From: Acidobacteriota bacterium
Lineage (GTDB): Bacteria > Acidobacteriota > Vicinamibacteria > Vicinamibacterales > UBA8438
DNA: 64,000 bases
Direction of reading: 5' to 3'
Assembly (NCBI GenBank): GCA_015659035.1
Contig: DQNS01000112.1
Span: 598 to 64,597, forward strand
Positions 45,634 through 55,076 of the stretch are shown piece by piece. The notes beneath the pieces were generated by a model, which was not told where the DNA came from, searched no databases, and saw only the letters and a list, made by a program, of their open reading frames with translations. How positions within the stretch are numbered: the stretch's first letter is position 1; every line of letters begins with the position of its first letter. Both the position numbers and the translations under genes were made by a program.

Positions 45634-47196
45634 ATGCGATACATCCACCAGACTGTGGTCGGTGTCCTCCTGCTGGTCAGTGTCACGACGGCGACGTGCG
45701 GAGGGGCCGGCCGTGGCGGGACCACGGCAGAGGGCGAGCCTCCACGGCGACATCTGCTCATCGTGCTCGACGGGCTGCGGCCCGACTACGTGACACCCGA
45801 GCTGATGCCCAACCTCCATGCCCTCGGTCAGCGGGGGGTCGTCATGACCCGCCACCACGCCGTGTACCCGACGGTGACCCGGGTGAACGCCTCATCAATC
45901 TCCACCGGCGCCTATCCGGAAGTGCACGGGCTGATGGGCAATTCGATCTTCTTCTCCACCGTCGACCCGGGCCGGTTCCTCAACACCGGCGACCGCGCGA
46001 ACCTGCTGCGGGTGGAGGAGGCGACGGGCCGTCCGCTCCTGACTGCGACGACATTGGGCGAAGTGTTGCAGGCCGCGGGCGAGCGGGTCCTGGTGGCGAG
46101 CTCCGGCTCCACGGGGTCCTCGTATCTCTTGAACCATCGTGTGGCCGGCGGCGCAATCCTCCACTACGACTACGGGCTTCCCGAGACGCTCCACGCCCAG
46201 GCGCTGGAGCGGCTTGGCGACGTGCCGGCTACGGGGACCCCGAACGATGCAAGAAACCGCTGGATCGTCGATGCGTTTCTCCAGGTCGGTCTGGCCGCAA
46301 TCGAACCGGCGGTGACGTTGATGTGGCTGAGCGACCCGGACACCACCGCGCATCAGCACGGCATCGGGCACCCGACGACCGTCGAGGCGTTGACCCGTCT
46401 GGACGCCGAGATCCAGCGGATTCAGGACGGTCTGGCCGACGCCGGGCTGCTCGACATCACCAACATCTGGGTTGCGTCCGACCACGGGTTCTCGCAGCAT
46501 ACCGGGAGCATCGATCTGGGTGCCTTGCTCGCGCCGTTCGCCGATACCCTCGATGACGGGTCGCCACGCATTGTGGCCGGCGCGGGTGCGATCTACGTCC
46601 GGGACGACGACCAGACGACGGTGGCCGAGATCGTGGCCGCCCTCCAGCGGGCCGACGGTGTGGGGGCGGTTTTTACCCGCGCCGCGAGTCCTGGCGCGAA
46701 CGGGTGGGTACCGGGCACGCTGTCGTTCGACCTGGCCCACTGGGACCACGATCGGTCCGCGCACATCCTGTACTCGCCGGACTGGACCGATGCCGTTGGC
46801 ACGTACGGGTACCCTGGCACCTCGGCCCAGGGTGGCGTGGCCGGGCACGGTAGCTCGAGCCCGTTCGATATCCACAACACGCTCGTCGCGGCTGGCCCGG
46901 ACCTGAAGGAGGGCGTTGCAATCGAGGTGCCCAGCGGCAACGTGGACTTCGCGCCGACCTTTCTGCACCTGCTGGGTCTCGACATCCCCTCCTCGATGCA
47001 AGGGCGGGTTCTCGGTGAAGCGCTGCGGGACGGTACGGACCCGCGCACAGTCGCGGTGGAGACGATGGCAGTCAGTGTCGAGAATGGGGACGGTTCCTAC
47101 GTGTTGACGGCGGTGTCGTCCATCGTCGATGGGAGGTCCTACCTGGACTACACCACCGTCGAGCGGAGCCCGATCGTGCCTAGCAACCGGCGGTGA
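45634..47196 (+). CDS. alkaline phosphatase superfamily, nucleotide pyrophosphatase/phosphodiesterase (NPP) type, exported/lipoprotein
   Basis: MRYIHQTVVGVLLLVSVTTATCGG, HLLIVLDGLRPDYV, YPTVTRVNASSISTG (Thr nucleophile context) and SDHGF. Confidence 0.8.
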   Translation: MRYIHQTVVGVLLLVSVTTATCGGAGRGGTTAEGEPPRRHLLIVLDGLRPDYVTPELMPNLHALGQRGVVMTRHHAVYPTVTRVNASSISTGAYPEVHGLMGNSIFFSTVDPGRFLNTGDRANLLRVEEATGRPLLTATTLGEVLQAAGERVLVASSGSTGSSYLLNHRVAGGAILHYDYGLPETLHAQALERLGDVPATGTPNDARNRWIVDAFLQVGLAAIEPAVTLMWLSDPDTTAHQHGIGHPTTVEALTRLDAEIQRIQDGLADAGLLDITNIWVASDHGFSQHTGSIDLGALLAPFADTLDDGSPRIVAGAGAIYVRDDDQTTVAEIVAALQRADGVGAVFTRAASPGANGWVPGTLSFDLAHWDHDRSAHILYSPDWTDAVGTYGYPGTSAQGGVAGHGSSSPFDIHNTLVAAGPDLKEGVAIEVPSGNVDFAPTFLHLLGLDIPSSMQGRVLGEALRDGTDPRTVAVETMAVSVENGDGSYVLTAVSSIVDGRSYLDYTTVERSPIVPSNRR

Positions 47197-47263
47197 AAGT
47201 CCAGCGTGGCACCGAGACTCGTCGCCAGCAATTGCCGTCCCGTCTCTTTCCAAGGAGCAACCG

Positions 47264-49693
47264 ATGCGGACCACATCGACGCTTTCGATCACCGCCGCCG
47301 CGCTGGCGTTCACCGTTGCCTGCGGCTCTGCGTCCGAGCCGGTAGCGGTGCGGCTGGTCGATCTCTTCCAGCCGGACATGGTGGCCGGGTCGCCGATGGT
47401 GGATCCACCGCCGCGGACCGAGTGGCGCTTTGATGACGCGCGACCGGATGAGGTCGACTTTGCCGACACAGGCGGTGTCGAGGCGGGGCCGGGTGTGAGC
47501 GGGTTGGACATCCGTGACGGTCGCCTGGTCGGACAGACGACGAGCGACTTTCCGTTGTTGCGGGTCGAGCGCGTTGGAGACATCGACCCCGACGACCAGG
47601 TGCACGCGATCGAGATACGGATGCGCGCGTCGGAGGGTGCCAACCTGCAGGTCGGCTTCTCCGGCAACGAGACAGTTGAGTTCGCGGCGCTGCGGGGTGC
47701 GATGTCGGGGCCATTCGCGATCCGGACCCCGATCGTGGCGGGCGACGACCTGCAAACCTACACGTTGCCCCCGCCGCAGACCGTCCCTGCCTCGACAGTG
47801 CGTCACCTGGTGGTCCGACCCACCGATGTCGAGGGCGCCGACTTCGAGATCGAGTCTCTGCGCGTGGTGTTCCGGAAAGAGCATCTGGCGAACATCCCAT
47901 CCGGCGTCGGCTGGCAGGGGCTGGACGAGGTCTACCTCGAGTCGCTGGTGTCCCGGTCGCCCGAGACGCTCAGCTTCGACGTCAGTCTCGGCGCCCGCCC
48001 GTGGCTCGACCTGACGCTTGGCACCATCGACCCCCTTCCGGTGACGTTCCGGGTCGATGTGAGCCGGCCCGACGGCACCGACCAGACGCGACTCCTCGCG
48101 CAGACGGTCACCACGGCGGAGCGGTGGGAGCGGCGGCGGATCGATCTCGCGAACCGTGCGGGAGAAACGGTTCGCGTCTCCCTGTCGCTTGCGGCCGACG
48201 CCGACGGGGCCATCGGCCTGTGGGGCTCACCGGTCGTGCGGAACGACGAGGCGAGTCCCGCGACGGTACCTCGGGAGCAGCCCGCCTCATCGGCCGGGTC
48301 ACTCGGGGTCCGACCGCGCGGGGTGATCCTGATCCAGGTCGACACCCTGCGGCGTGACCATCTCGATGTCTATGGCTATGAGCGGGAGACCGCACCGGTC
48401 CTGAGTCGCTTGGCGGCCGAAGGCGCGACGTTCCAGCGCACCACGGCCCAAGCTACCTGGACCAAGGTATCGACCCCGTCAATCATGACATCGCTGTACC
48501 CGTTGTCGCATGGCGTGCGCGACTTTGCCGACCGGCTGCCGGCGGGTGCCGACACCCTGGCCGAGCTGTACCGCGCCGCCGGCTACGCGACGCTGGCCTA
48601 CTCGTCCGTCCTGTTTACGGGGCAGTTCAGTAACCTGCACCAGGGGTTCGAGGAGTTCCACGAATCTGGGTCAGCTGATTCGACCCCGTCGAGCAAGACG
48701 GCGCGCGAGTATGTCGACCGCCTCAGCGAGTGGCTCGGCACGCACCGCGACGTGCCGTTCTTTGTCTTCCTCCACGTGTTCGATCCCCACGATCCGTTCG
48801 AGCCCCGCGAGCCCTACGCGACGATGTGGGCCGACCCGGCGCACAAGGCGGAGCACGAAGAGCAGCTTGAGGCATTGCGGGCACACATCGAGAACCCGAT
48901 ATTGCGGCAGTTCGGAATGCCGGACCGAGGGGCGTTCGAGGCGGCCGAGATCGATGCCGAGACATACGTGAGCTATGACCAGGACTGGTACGACGGCTCG
49001 ATCCGTGGCATGGACATTGAGCTGGGCCGGCTGGTCGAGCGGCTCCAGACGCTGGGGCTGGACGACGACACGCTCATCGTCTTCATGAGTGACCACGGCG
49101 AGGAGTTCCTCGAACATGGCCGCATGTTTCATGGTCAAACGGTCTACAACGAACTGACGCAGGTGCCGCTCGTCATGCGGTGGCCCGGCGCCATTCCGTC
49201 CGGGATTGTTGTGGACGAGAACGTCCAGCTCATCGACATCATGCCGACGCTGCTCGACCTGAGCGGGTTGCCCCATCCCGACGGGCTCCAGGGACGGAGC
49301 TTGCTCCCATTCGTGTCCGGGGGGAGCGGAACGAGTGGAGCGTGGACCCCACGTCCAGCGTTCTCCGAGAAGGCCCCGACCAGTGGCGCCGCCGCGCCGC
49401 CCCCCGGAGACACGGAGTCCTACGCCGTCATCGACCACGACTGGTTGTTGATCCACAACCGGGCCCGCGGCGATGACACACCGGAGTTCGAGCTGTACGA
49501 CGTGGCCACCGACCCACTGAACCTGACCAACGTGGCCAGCGGCCAGACCGAGGTCGTCGAACGCTTGGCACGCGACCTGGATCGCTGGCACCGCATCGCC
49601 GAGCAGGCGCGCCTCCCCGACGACACAGAGGCCGCCGCAGGGCTCAGCCAGGAAGAGCTCGAGCGCTTGCGCAGCCTGGGCTACATCCGGTGA
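47264..49693 (+). CDS. sulfatase-like (alkaline phosphatase superfamily) protein with about 370-aa N-terminal domain of unknown function, lipoprotein signal
   Basis: AAGGAG lies upstream of ATG 47264. MRTTSTLSITAAALAFTVACGS is the signal. The sulfatase core starts at ILIQVDTLRRDHLDVYGY. The nucleophile region reads TKVSTPSIMTSLYP rather than the canonical CxPxR. Confidence 0.75.
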   Translation: MRTTSTLSITAAALAFTVACGSASEPVAVRLVDLFQPDMVAGSPMVDPPPRTEWRFDDARPDEVDFADTGGVEAGPGVSGLDIRDGRLVGQTTSDFPLLRVERVGDIDPDDQVHAIEIRMRASEGANLQVGFSGNETVEFAALRGAMSGPFAIRTPIVAGDDLQTYTLPPPQTVPASTVRHLVVRPTDVEGADFEIESLRVVFRKEHLANIPSGVGWQGLDEVYLESLVSRSPETLSFDVSLGARPWLDLTLGTIDPLPVTFRVDVSRPDGTDQTRLLAQTVTTAERWERRRIDLANRAGETVRVSLSLAADADGAIGLWGSPVVRNDEASPATVPREQPASSAGSLGVRPRGVILIQVDTLRRDHLDVYGYERETAPVLSRLAAEGATFQRTTAQATWTKVSTPSIMTSLYPLSHGVRDFADRLPAGADTLAELYRAAGYATLAYSSVLFTGQFSNLHQGFEEFHESGSADSTPSSKTAREYVDRLSEWLGTHRDVPFFVFLHVFDPHDPFEPREPYATMWADPAHKAEHEEQLEALRAHIENPILRQFGMPDRGAFEAAEIDAETYVSYDQDWYDGSIRGMDIELGRLVERLQTLGLDDDTLIVFMSDHGEEFLEHGRMFHGQTVYNELTQVPLVMRWPGAIPSGIVVDENVQLIDIMPTLLDLSGLPHPDGLQGRSLLPFVSGGSGTSGAWTPRPAFSEKAPTSGAAAPPPGDTESYAVIDHDWLLIHNRARGDDTPEFELYDVATDPLNLTNVASGQTEVVERLARDLDRWHRIAEQARLPDDTEAAAGLSQEELERLRSLGYIR

Positions 49694-49715
49694 CGTGGAG
49701 ACACAGTGGACGGAG

Positions 49716-50417
49716 CTAGCTCTCGTCCTGCGGTCCGTCGACGACCCTGCCGTCGAACAGGTGAATCTCGCGCTCGGCGTGCTCCGCGTAGCGCGGGTCG
49801 TGGGTCACCATGCAGATCGTCGACCCCTCGGCGTGTAGCCCGGCGAGCAGTTCCATCACCGCCCAGCCGTTCTTCGAGTCGAGGTTCCCGGTCGGCTCGT
49901 CGGCGAGCAGGATCGACGGCTGCCCACAGACGGCGCGGGCGACGGCGACCCGCTGCTGCTGACCACCCGAGAGCTGGCTCGGCAGGTGTTTCGCGCGGTG
50001 GGCCATCTCCACCTTCTCGAGCGCCGCGGTCACCCGTTCCTTCCGCTCGGCGGGCCGCATGCCGCGATAGGTCAGCGGCAGCTCGACGTTCTCGTAGACC
50101 GAGAGGTCGCCGATCAGATTGAAGCTCTGGAAGATGAAGCCGATCTCGCGGTTCCGGGTGCGGGCACGCTCGGACATCTTGAGATTCGCCACCGGTTGTC
50201 CGTTCAGCTCGTAGTCCCCATCTGACGGTGTGTCGAGCAGCCCGAGAATCGACAGGAGGGTCGACTTCCCACAGCCAGACGGTCCGGAGATGGCGACGTA
50301 CTCGCCGTTGCGAATCTCGAGATCGACGCTTTCGAGGGCGTGTGTCTCGATCTCGTCCGTCAGAAAGACCTTGGTCACCTTCCGGAGATGAATCAGTGGC
50401 TGTGTCGCATCGTTCAT
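49716..50417 (-). CDS. ABC transporter ATP-binding protein (MacB/LolD-type)
   Basis: Walker A is GPSGCGKST, the signature is LSGGQQQR, and Walker B is ILLADEPTGNLD. Confidence 0.9.
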   Translation of the reverse strand: MNDATQPLIHLRKVTKVFLTDEIETHALESVDLEIRNGEYVAISGPSGCGKSTLLSILGLLDTPSDGDYELNGQPVANLKMSERARTRNREIGFIFQSFNLIGDLSVYENVELPLTYRGMRPAERKERVTAALEKVEMAHRAKHLPSQLSGGQQQRVAVARAVCGQPSILLADEPTGNLDSKNGWAVMELLAGLHAEGSTICMVTHDPRYAEHAEREIHLFDGRVVDGPQDES

Positions 50418-50440
50418 GAAATCGGTCCTCGCATACACCA

Positions 50441-51694
50441 TCAGTTCAGCCGAACGCGATCGAACGTGTCCCACTGGGACATGTCCGACAGCACGACCTG
50501 GTCACCCGGCTGCAGCCCGTCGAGCACTTCGATAAAGCTTACCGAGGCGCGGCCGAGGCTGACCCGTGTCCGCACCGCATCGTCGCTGTCGGGATCGAGC
50601 TTGAACAGGATGACCACGCTCTGCTCCTGTCCGAACACCGGGCGCCCTACGTAGATGACGTTTTCCAGCCGTTCGAGTTCAATCGTCCCGTCCACGGTCA
50701 GATCCGGCCGGGCGCCCCGAGGCAGCTCTCCGTCGAGCGCGACATCCACCGTGACGGTGCCCTGCTGCACCGACGGGTCGATCCGGATTACATGCCCGGG
50801 GATGACACCGTTCCGCGTGTCCACGGCGACCGGTTGGCCCTCCACGATGTCCCTGGCCTGCGTCTCGGCGATCCGGAGCTGCGCCATCAGGCGGGTCGGG
50901 TCGCCGACGCGAGCGAGATTCGTGCCCGGCGTGACGCTCGCCCCCTCCTCGACCTCTACCTGTTGCAACACGCCGGTGATCCCGGCGGTCACCTGCAGGT
51001 CGGCCACCTGGCTCTGGCGGAGCTGATACATCGTCTGCAGCCGGTCCACATCCGCCTGCTCGGCCGCGAGTGTCGCTTTCGTCGAGTCGGCCTGGATCGC
51101 GAGCCGCTGTTGCTCGATCTCGTGCCGAATGCGGAGCGCGCTCACCCTGGACTGCTTTTGCCGCACCTGCAGCTCCGACACCAGGTTGTCCTTGAAGAGC
51201 TTCTCGTCGAGCTCGGCCTCGTACTCCGCCTGGCTGAGCTCCGATTCGACCGTCTTCAAAGAGGCTTGTTGTGTAAGCTCCTGGCTCCGCAGCTCCACCC
51301 GACGGCTTTCGTACCGCGCCAGCGCCCCATCGAGCTGTAACCGGGCCTCGAGCGCTTGCTGCTCGAGCTCGGGGTTGCTCAGCTCGATGACGACCGTGTC
51401 AGGCCTGACCGAGGCCCCCGGTCGTAAGACGAGCCGCTCCACCGTCCCGTTGGTGATCGGAGTGATCCAGCGGAGCTGCTCCGGTACCAGCGTGCCGGTG
51501 CCGCGGACATTTCGTAGCATGTCGCCGCGTTCCACCGTGTCCATGTAGACCGTGTCCTTGTCCACGCGCGGCGCGGCCGGTTCCAGGCGCGACACACCCA
51601 CGGTGATCAGGAGGATCACGCCCGCGAACCCGCTGGCGTACACGATGCGGCGGATCTTCTTGGCTCGCGCGATGTCGGGACGAGCTATGTCCAT
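50441..51694 (-). CDS. HlyD/MacA-type periplasmic adaptor subunit
   Basis: It has an N-terminal TM anchor, a long coiled-coil region and a beta-barrel C-terminus. It lies upstream of the ABC ATPase. Confidence 0.8.
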   Translation of the reverse strand: MDIARPDIARAKKIRRIVYASGFAGVILLITVGVSRLEPAAPRVDKDTVYMDTVERGDMLRNVRGTGTLVPEQLRWITPITNGTVERLVLRPGASVRPDTVVIELSNPELEQQALEARLQLDGALARYESRRVELRSQELTQQASLKTVESELSQAEYEAELDEKLFKDNLVSELQVRQKQSRVSALRIRHEIEQQRLAIQADSTKATLAAEQADVDRLQTMYQLRQSQVADLQVTAGITGVLQQVEVEEGASVTPGTNLARVGDPTRLMAQLRIAETQARDIVEGQPVAVDTRNGVIPGHVIRIDPSVQQGTVTVDVALDGELPRGARPDLTVDGTIELERLENVIYVGRPVFGQEQSVVILFKLDPDSDDAVRTRVSLGRASVSFIEVLDGLQPGDQVVLSDMSQWDTFDRVRLN

Positions 51695-51875
51695 GAGTTC
51701 GTTCCTTTAGGACCCGGATCCTAACGCTGTCGAACTGTCCTCATGCTACCCGAACGCGGTCGGCGCTCGGAGCTTTCTCGAGTGCTGGACAGACCGATTA
51801 GACGCAGGCGCGCCCGCGAAGGTTTGCCGCCGCCAAGCCCGGAGACGCCGCCCGGTGCCGCTACCGCCAGTTCCC

Positions 51876-52131
51876 TCAGGCCTCCACGATGCCGGCCACC
51901 GCCGCCGACAGTCGCACCCAGTGCGCGGTCTCGTCCTGCAGCTGACGGCGTCCCCGGGCAGTCAGCTCGTAGAACTTCGCCTGACGGTTGTGCTCCGATT
52001 TGTCCCAGGTGGCGCGGATCCAGCCGATGGAGGGCGAGATAGAGCGATCCCTGGTTTACCTGGAGCACGTCCTGCAACATCTGCTGGATCCGTTGCTGGA
52101 TCCGTTGCGAGACGCCCCATCCGTGCCGCAC
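51876..52131 (-). pseudogene. PadR-family regulator (acidobacterial type), frameshifted and N-terminally truncated
   Basis: Frame A reads VRHGWGVSQRIQQRIQQMLQDVLQVNQGSLYLALHRL. The +1 frame continues WIRATWDKSEHNRQAKFYELTARGRRQLQDETAHWVRLSAAVAGIVEA*. A 12-bp tandem duplication (CAACGGATCCAG x2) is present and the usual N-terminal helix is missing. Confidence 0.6.
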
Positions 52132-52214
52132 GCCCGACGCCGTTCGTCGTTCACAGTCGTGGCGGTCCTGACCCTGGTACGGAGTGATCGGATCCGCCTC
52201 CGCCCGGGACCGAT

Positions 52215-53066
52215 CTACTTGCCCTGCACGACCTTGTTGCTGAGGGTGCCGACGCCGGAGATCTCGATCTCGTACGTGTCACCCGGCTCCATCGCCCGGG
52301 TGCTGCCCATCGTGCCCGACCAGATCAGGTCGCCCGGCTCGAGGGTGAAGTACGTCGAGACGTAGCTCAGCATGTGGGCCATGTTGAAGATGAGGTCGGA
52401 GCTGTTGCCGCGCTGGGTCTCTTCGCCGTTGAAGCGGCCCACGATCTCCAGGTCGGTGATGTCCAGCCCCGTGACGAGCGCCGGGCCCACGGCGTTGAAG
52501 CCCCGGCTGCCCTTGGCACGCACCCACTGGATGTCGCCGCCCTGCCACCGGCGCTCGCTGACGTCGTTACCCGCGGTCACCCCGAAGATGTAGTCCGGCG
52601 CATCCGCGATCGACACGTTCTCGGCGTGCTTGCCGACGACCATGACCAGCTCCGCCTCGTAGTGCAGGTTGGTGGACTCCGCCGGTCGGATGATCGGGTC
52701 TTCCGGCCCCACGATCGAGTTGGCTGGCACCAGGAACAGTCCCGGATACTCGGCCGGTTCCCCACTGATGTGGCTGCGGAAGTTGAACGCCGTCATGAAG
52801 ACCAGCTTCGGGTCGACCGGGGCCTCGAGCTTGACGGACGACCGCTGGACTGTCTGGCCGGTGCGCGTGGCGTCGAGATACGGCGCGTCGCTCAACTGAT
52901 GAATGGTCGAGCCGTCCAGGACGCCCCACGAGATGTCCCCGCCGTTCTGCGAGTAGCGAACGTAGTGAGTCTGCGCGCTGGCGACGCCGGCCAGCAGGGC
53001 CGAGGTGACGAGCACGGCCGCGACGAGAGAGAAAGTGCGCTTCACGAGATGCCTCCTTGGGTGCAC
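52215..53066 (-). CDS. fumarylacetoacetate hydrolase (FAH) family protein with signal peptide
   Basis: RTFSLVAAVLVTSALLAGVASAQ is the signal peptide. The FAH core is HYEAELVMVVGK...GVTAGNDVSERRWQ...PGDLIWSGT. Confidence 0.8.
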   Translation of the reverse strand: MHPRRHLVKRTFSLVAAVLVTSALLAGVASAQTHYVRYSQNGGDISWGVLDGSTIHQLSDAPYLDATRTGQTVQRSSVKLEAPVDPKLVFMTAFNFRSHISGEPAEYPGLFLVPANSIVGPEDPIIRPAESTNLHYEAELVMVVGKHAENVSIADAPDYIFGVTAGNDVSERRWQGGDIQWVRAKGSRGFNAVGPALVTGLDITDLEIVGRFNGEETQRGNSSDLIFNMAHMLSYVSTYFTLEPGDLIWSGTMGSTRAMEPGDTYEIEISGVGTLSNKVVQGK

Positions 53067-53223
53067 TGGGAAGGGGGCTCCGCATCATGTCGAAGAAGCC
53101 GGGTGAGACCTACGACGCGAGCCCCTCGATCACTACAACTAGACGCCACGGGAGCAGAACTGGTCCAGCTTACCCCAGGCGTCCGCGCTTGCTATGATTC
53201 GCCTCAAACACAAGGGGGCTGTC

Positions 53224-53973
53224 ATGAGACATCTGACCGTCGTCGTCGCACTGTTGCTGTCGAGCGCGACCGTGCTCGCCCAATCCTCCGTGATGATCGA
53301 TGAGCTGACCACGAACGAGGTCCAGGCCGCGATCGACGGTGGCAAGACCACCGCCATCTACTATGTCGGCGGGACGCACGAGAACGGTCCGGCGGTACCG
53401 TTGGGCAAGCACAACTTGCTCGCCGCGCATCTCTCCCGGCGGGTGGCCGAGACGCTGGGCGACGCGCTTGCCTATCCACCCAATCCGTATGCCCCGGCGG
53501 GCAACGCCATAGAGCGGACCGGACAGATGGCGTTCGCCGGGACCATCAGCATCTCGAGCGAGACGCTGGCGGCGGTGTCACGCGAGGTTGCCATCAGCGC
53601 GCTGGCGGTCGGCTTCACGCATGTCGTGATGCTGGGCGACCATGGTGCCACGCAGGGAGTCATCCGAGAGGTGTCCGAGGCGCTGGACGCCGAATGGCGT
53701 GCCAAGGGCGGCCGGGTGTTCTTTATCCCGGTCTACCAGGAGGGCGAGGATCGAATGCGCGAGATTCTGGCGGCGCGCGACGTGCCGCGCGACCGGACGA
53801 CGCCGATCGACGATGCATCCGAGATGATGGCGCTCGACCGCGGCAACCGGTGGGTACGCCCGGACGAGCTCGCCCCCGACATTGCTGCCGTGGCCTCCGC
53901 GAACCTCGGTCAACAGTTCATCGACGGCAAGATCGAAGTGGCCGTGGCGCGTATCCGGGAGCTGGTGCAGTAG
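53224..53973 (+). CDS. divergent creatininase-fold (creatinine amidohydrolase/MftE-like) protein with signal peptide
   Basis: MRHLTVVVALLLSSATVLAQS is the signal peptide. YYVGGTHENGPAVPLGKHN aligns with the family motif GS.EQHGPHLPLGTD, but several metal-ligand positions are substituted. VVMLGDHG is present later. Confidence 0.55.
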   Translation: MRHLTVVVALLLSSATVLAQSSVMIDELTTNEVQAAIDGGKTTAIYYVGGTHENGPAVPLGKHNLLAAHLSRRVAETLGDALAYPPNPYAPAGNAIERTGQMAFAGTISISSETLAAVSREVAISALAVGFTHVVMLGDHGATQGVIREVSEALDAEWRAKGGRVFFIPVYQEGEDRMREILAARDVPRDRTTPIDDASEMMALDRGNRWVRPDELAPDIAAVASANLGQQFIDGKIEVAVARIRELVQ

Positions 53974-53985
53974 AACCGTCTGCCC

Positions 53986-54804
53986 CTACTCGGCGACCAG
54001 TTCGAAGTCGCTCCGGTGCGTCGTCTCGCTACGCCGCGTGGTGCTGAATAGCACCCGCACGTCAAAGTAGATGTCGACCTCGGTGGGCACCCAGACGTCG
54101 TCGGCGATCGGCTCCCGCTCGAAGTGTCCCGTGACGTCCGAGATGCTGCCGAGGATGCCCCACCAGAGCCGCACCCGCCCGATCAGCTCGAAGTTGACGC
54201 GCGCGATTTCGTAGGTGGCCTGGTCGATCCAGAGCTCGCCGCGCGACTTGTTCAGCGCGCGGTCGATCTGCCGGCGCACCGGGAGCTTTCCGGGCTTGGG
54301 CTCGAACGAGATGACGTAGCTCGGTCGCCCGCGCAGATCGCGAATGCCGTCGAGCCTCGCCGTGTATCGGTCGAGCAGCTCGTCGTTGAAGACGACATTC
54401 TCGTCCTCTTCGTCCTCGTCCTCATCCGGGTCCTTGGCGAGATATTCCAGGAAGTCTCGCCAGCGCTCGCGCTCGGTCTTCAGATCGTCGCCCTCGATCG
54501 GTCCGCCGTTCTTCGACACCAACCGGGCGTACTGCACGCCGCGGACCGGTTCCACCCTGTACAGGCGCTTCTCGTCCTCCTCGACCTCGCCCTGCTTGTC
54601 GAACTTCCTCGTGCGCTGGACCATCGCGTGGCGATAGCGGGCCTCGAAGGCTTGCTCCTCCGCCCAGGTGGAGCGCTCGAGCGCCCTGTCGATGATGGCG
54701 CGTACCTCGGTGTCGGTCGGATCCGGTTGCGCGGTCGAGGCCGACAGCGCGGCCACACCGGCCAGCAGGGCGACAGGGAGGAGCCGGAATGCGAGATGCT
54801 TCAT
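53986..54804 (-). CDS. hypothetical exported protein with acidic insert
   Basis: MKHLAFRLLPVALLAGVAALSAS is the signal peptide. There is a DPDEDEDEEDE tract and no recognised domain. Confidence 0.6.
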   Translation of the reverse strand: MKHLAFRLLPVALLAGVAALSASTAQPDPTDTEVRAIIDRALERSTWAEEQAFEARYRHAMVQRTRKFDKQGEVEEDEKRLYRVEPVRGVQYARLVSKNGGPIEGDDLKTERERWRDFLEYLAKDPDEDEDEEDENVVFNDELLDRYTARLDGIRDLRGRPSYVISFEPKPGKLPVRRQIDRALNKSRGELWIDQATYEIARVNFELIGRVRLWWGILGSISDVTGHFEREPIADDVWVPTEVDIYFDVRVLFSTTRRSETTHRSDFELVAE

Positions 54805-55076
54805 GGCGGGTGACTCCGGGCGACTCAGCCAGCTTATCCTAACAGGCAGCCATCGACACTCTCTTTCCCGAGTTGGGTCGCGTGCGAGGTCTTACAGTTG
54901 CTGGGCGAGCGGACGTGGCCGGACATCGAGGCGCGACTCGAGCGAGTGCTGGGACTGCCCCGGTCCAAAGAGTGAGACGGGCTAGTTCGTCGGCGGCAGG
55001 GGACATGGCTTGGCCGAATGGCGCCAATCATGGCCTTCGCGCTTCACCTGCCAGGCTCTGCTGTAAGCTTTGGACG

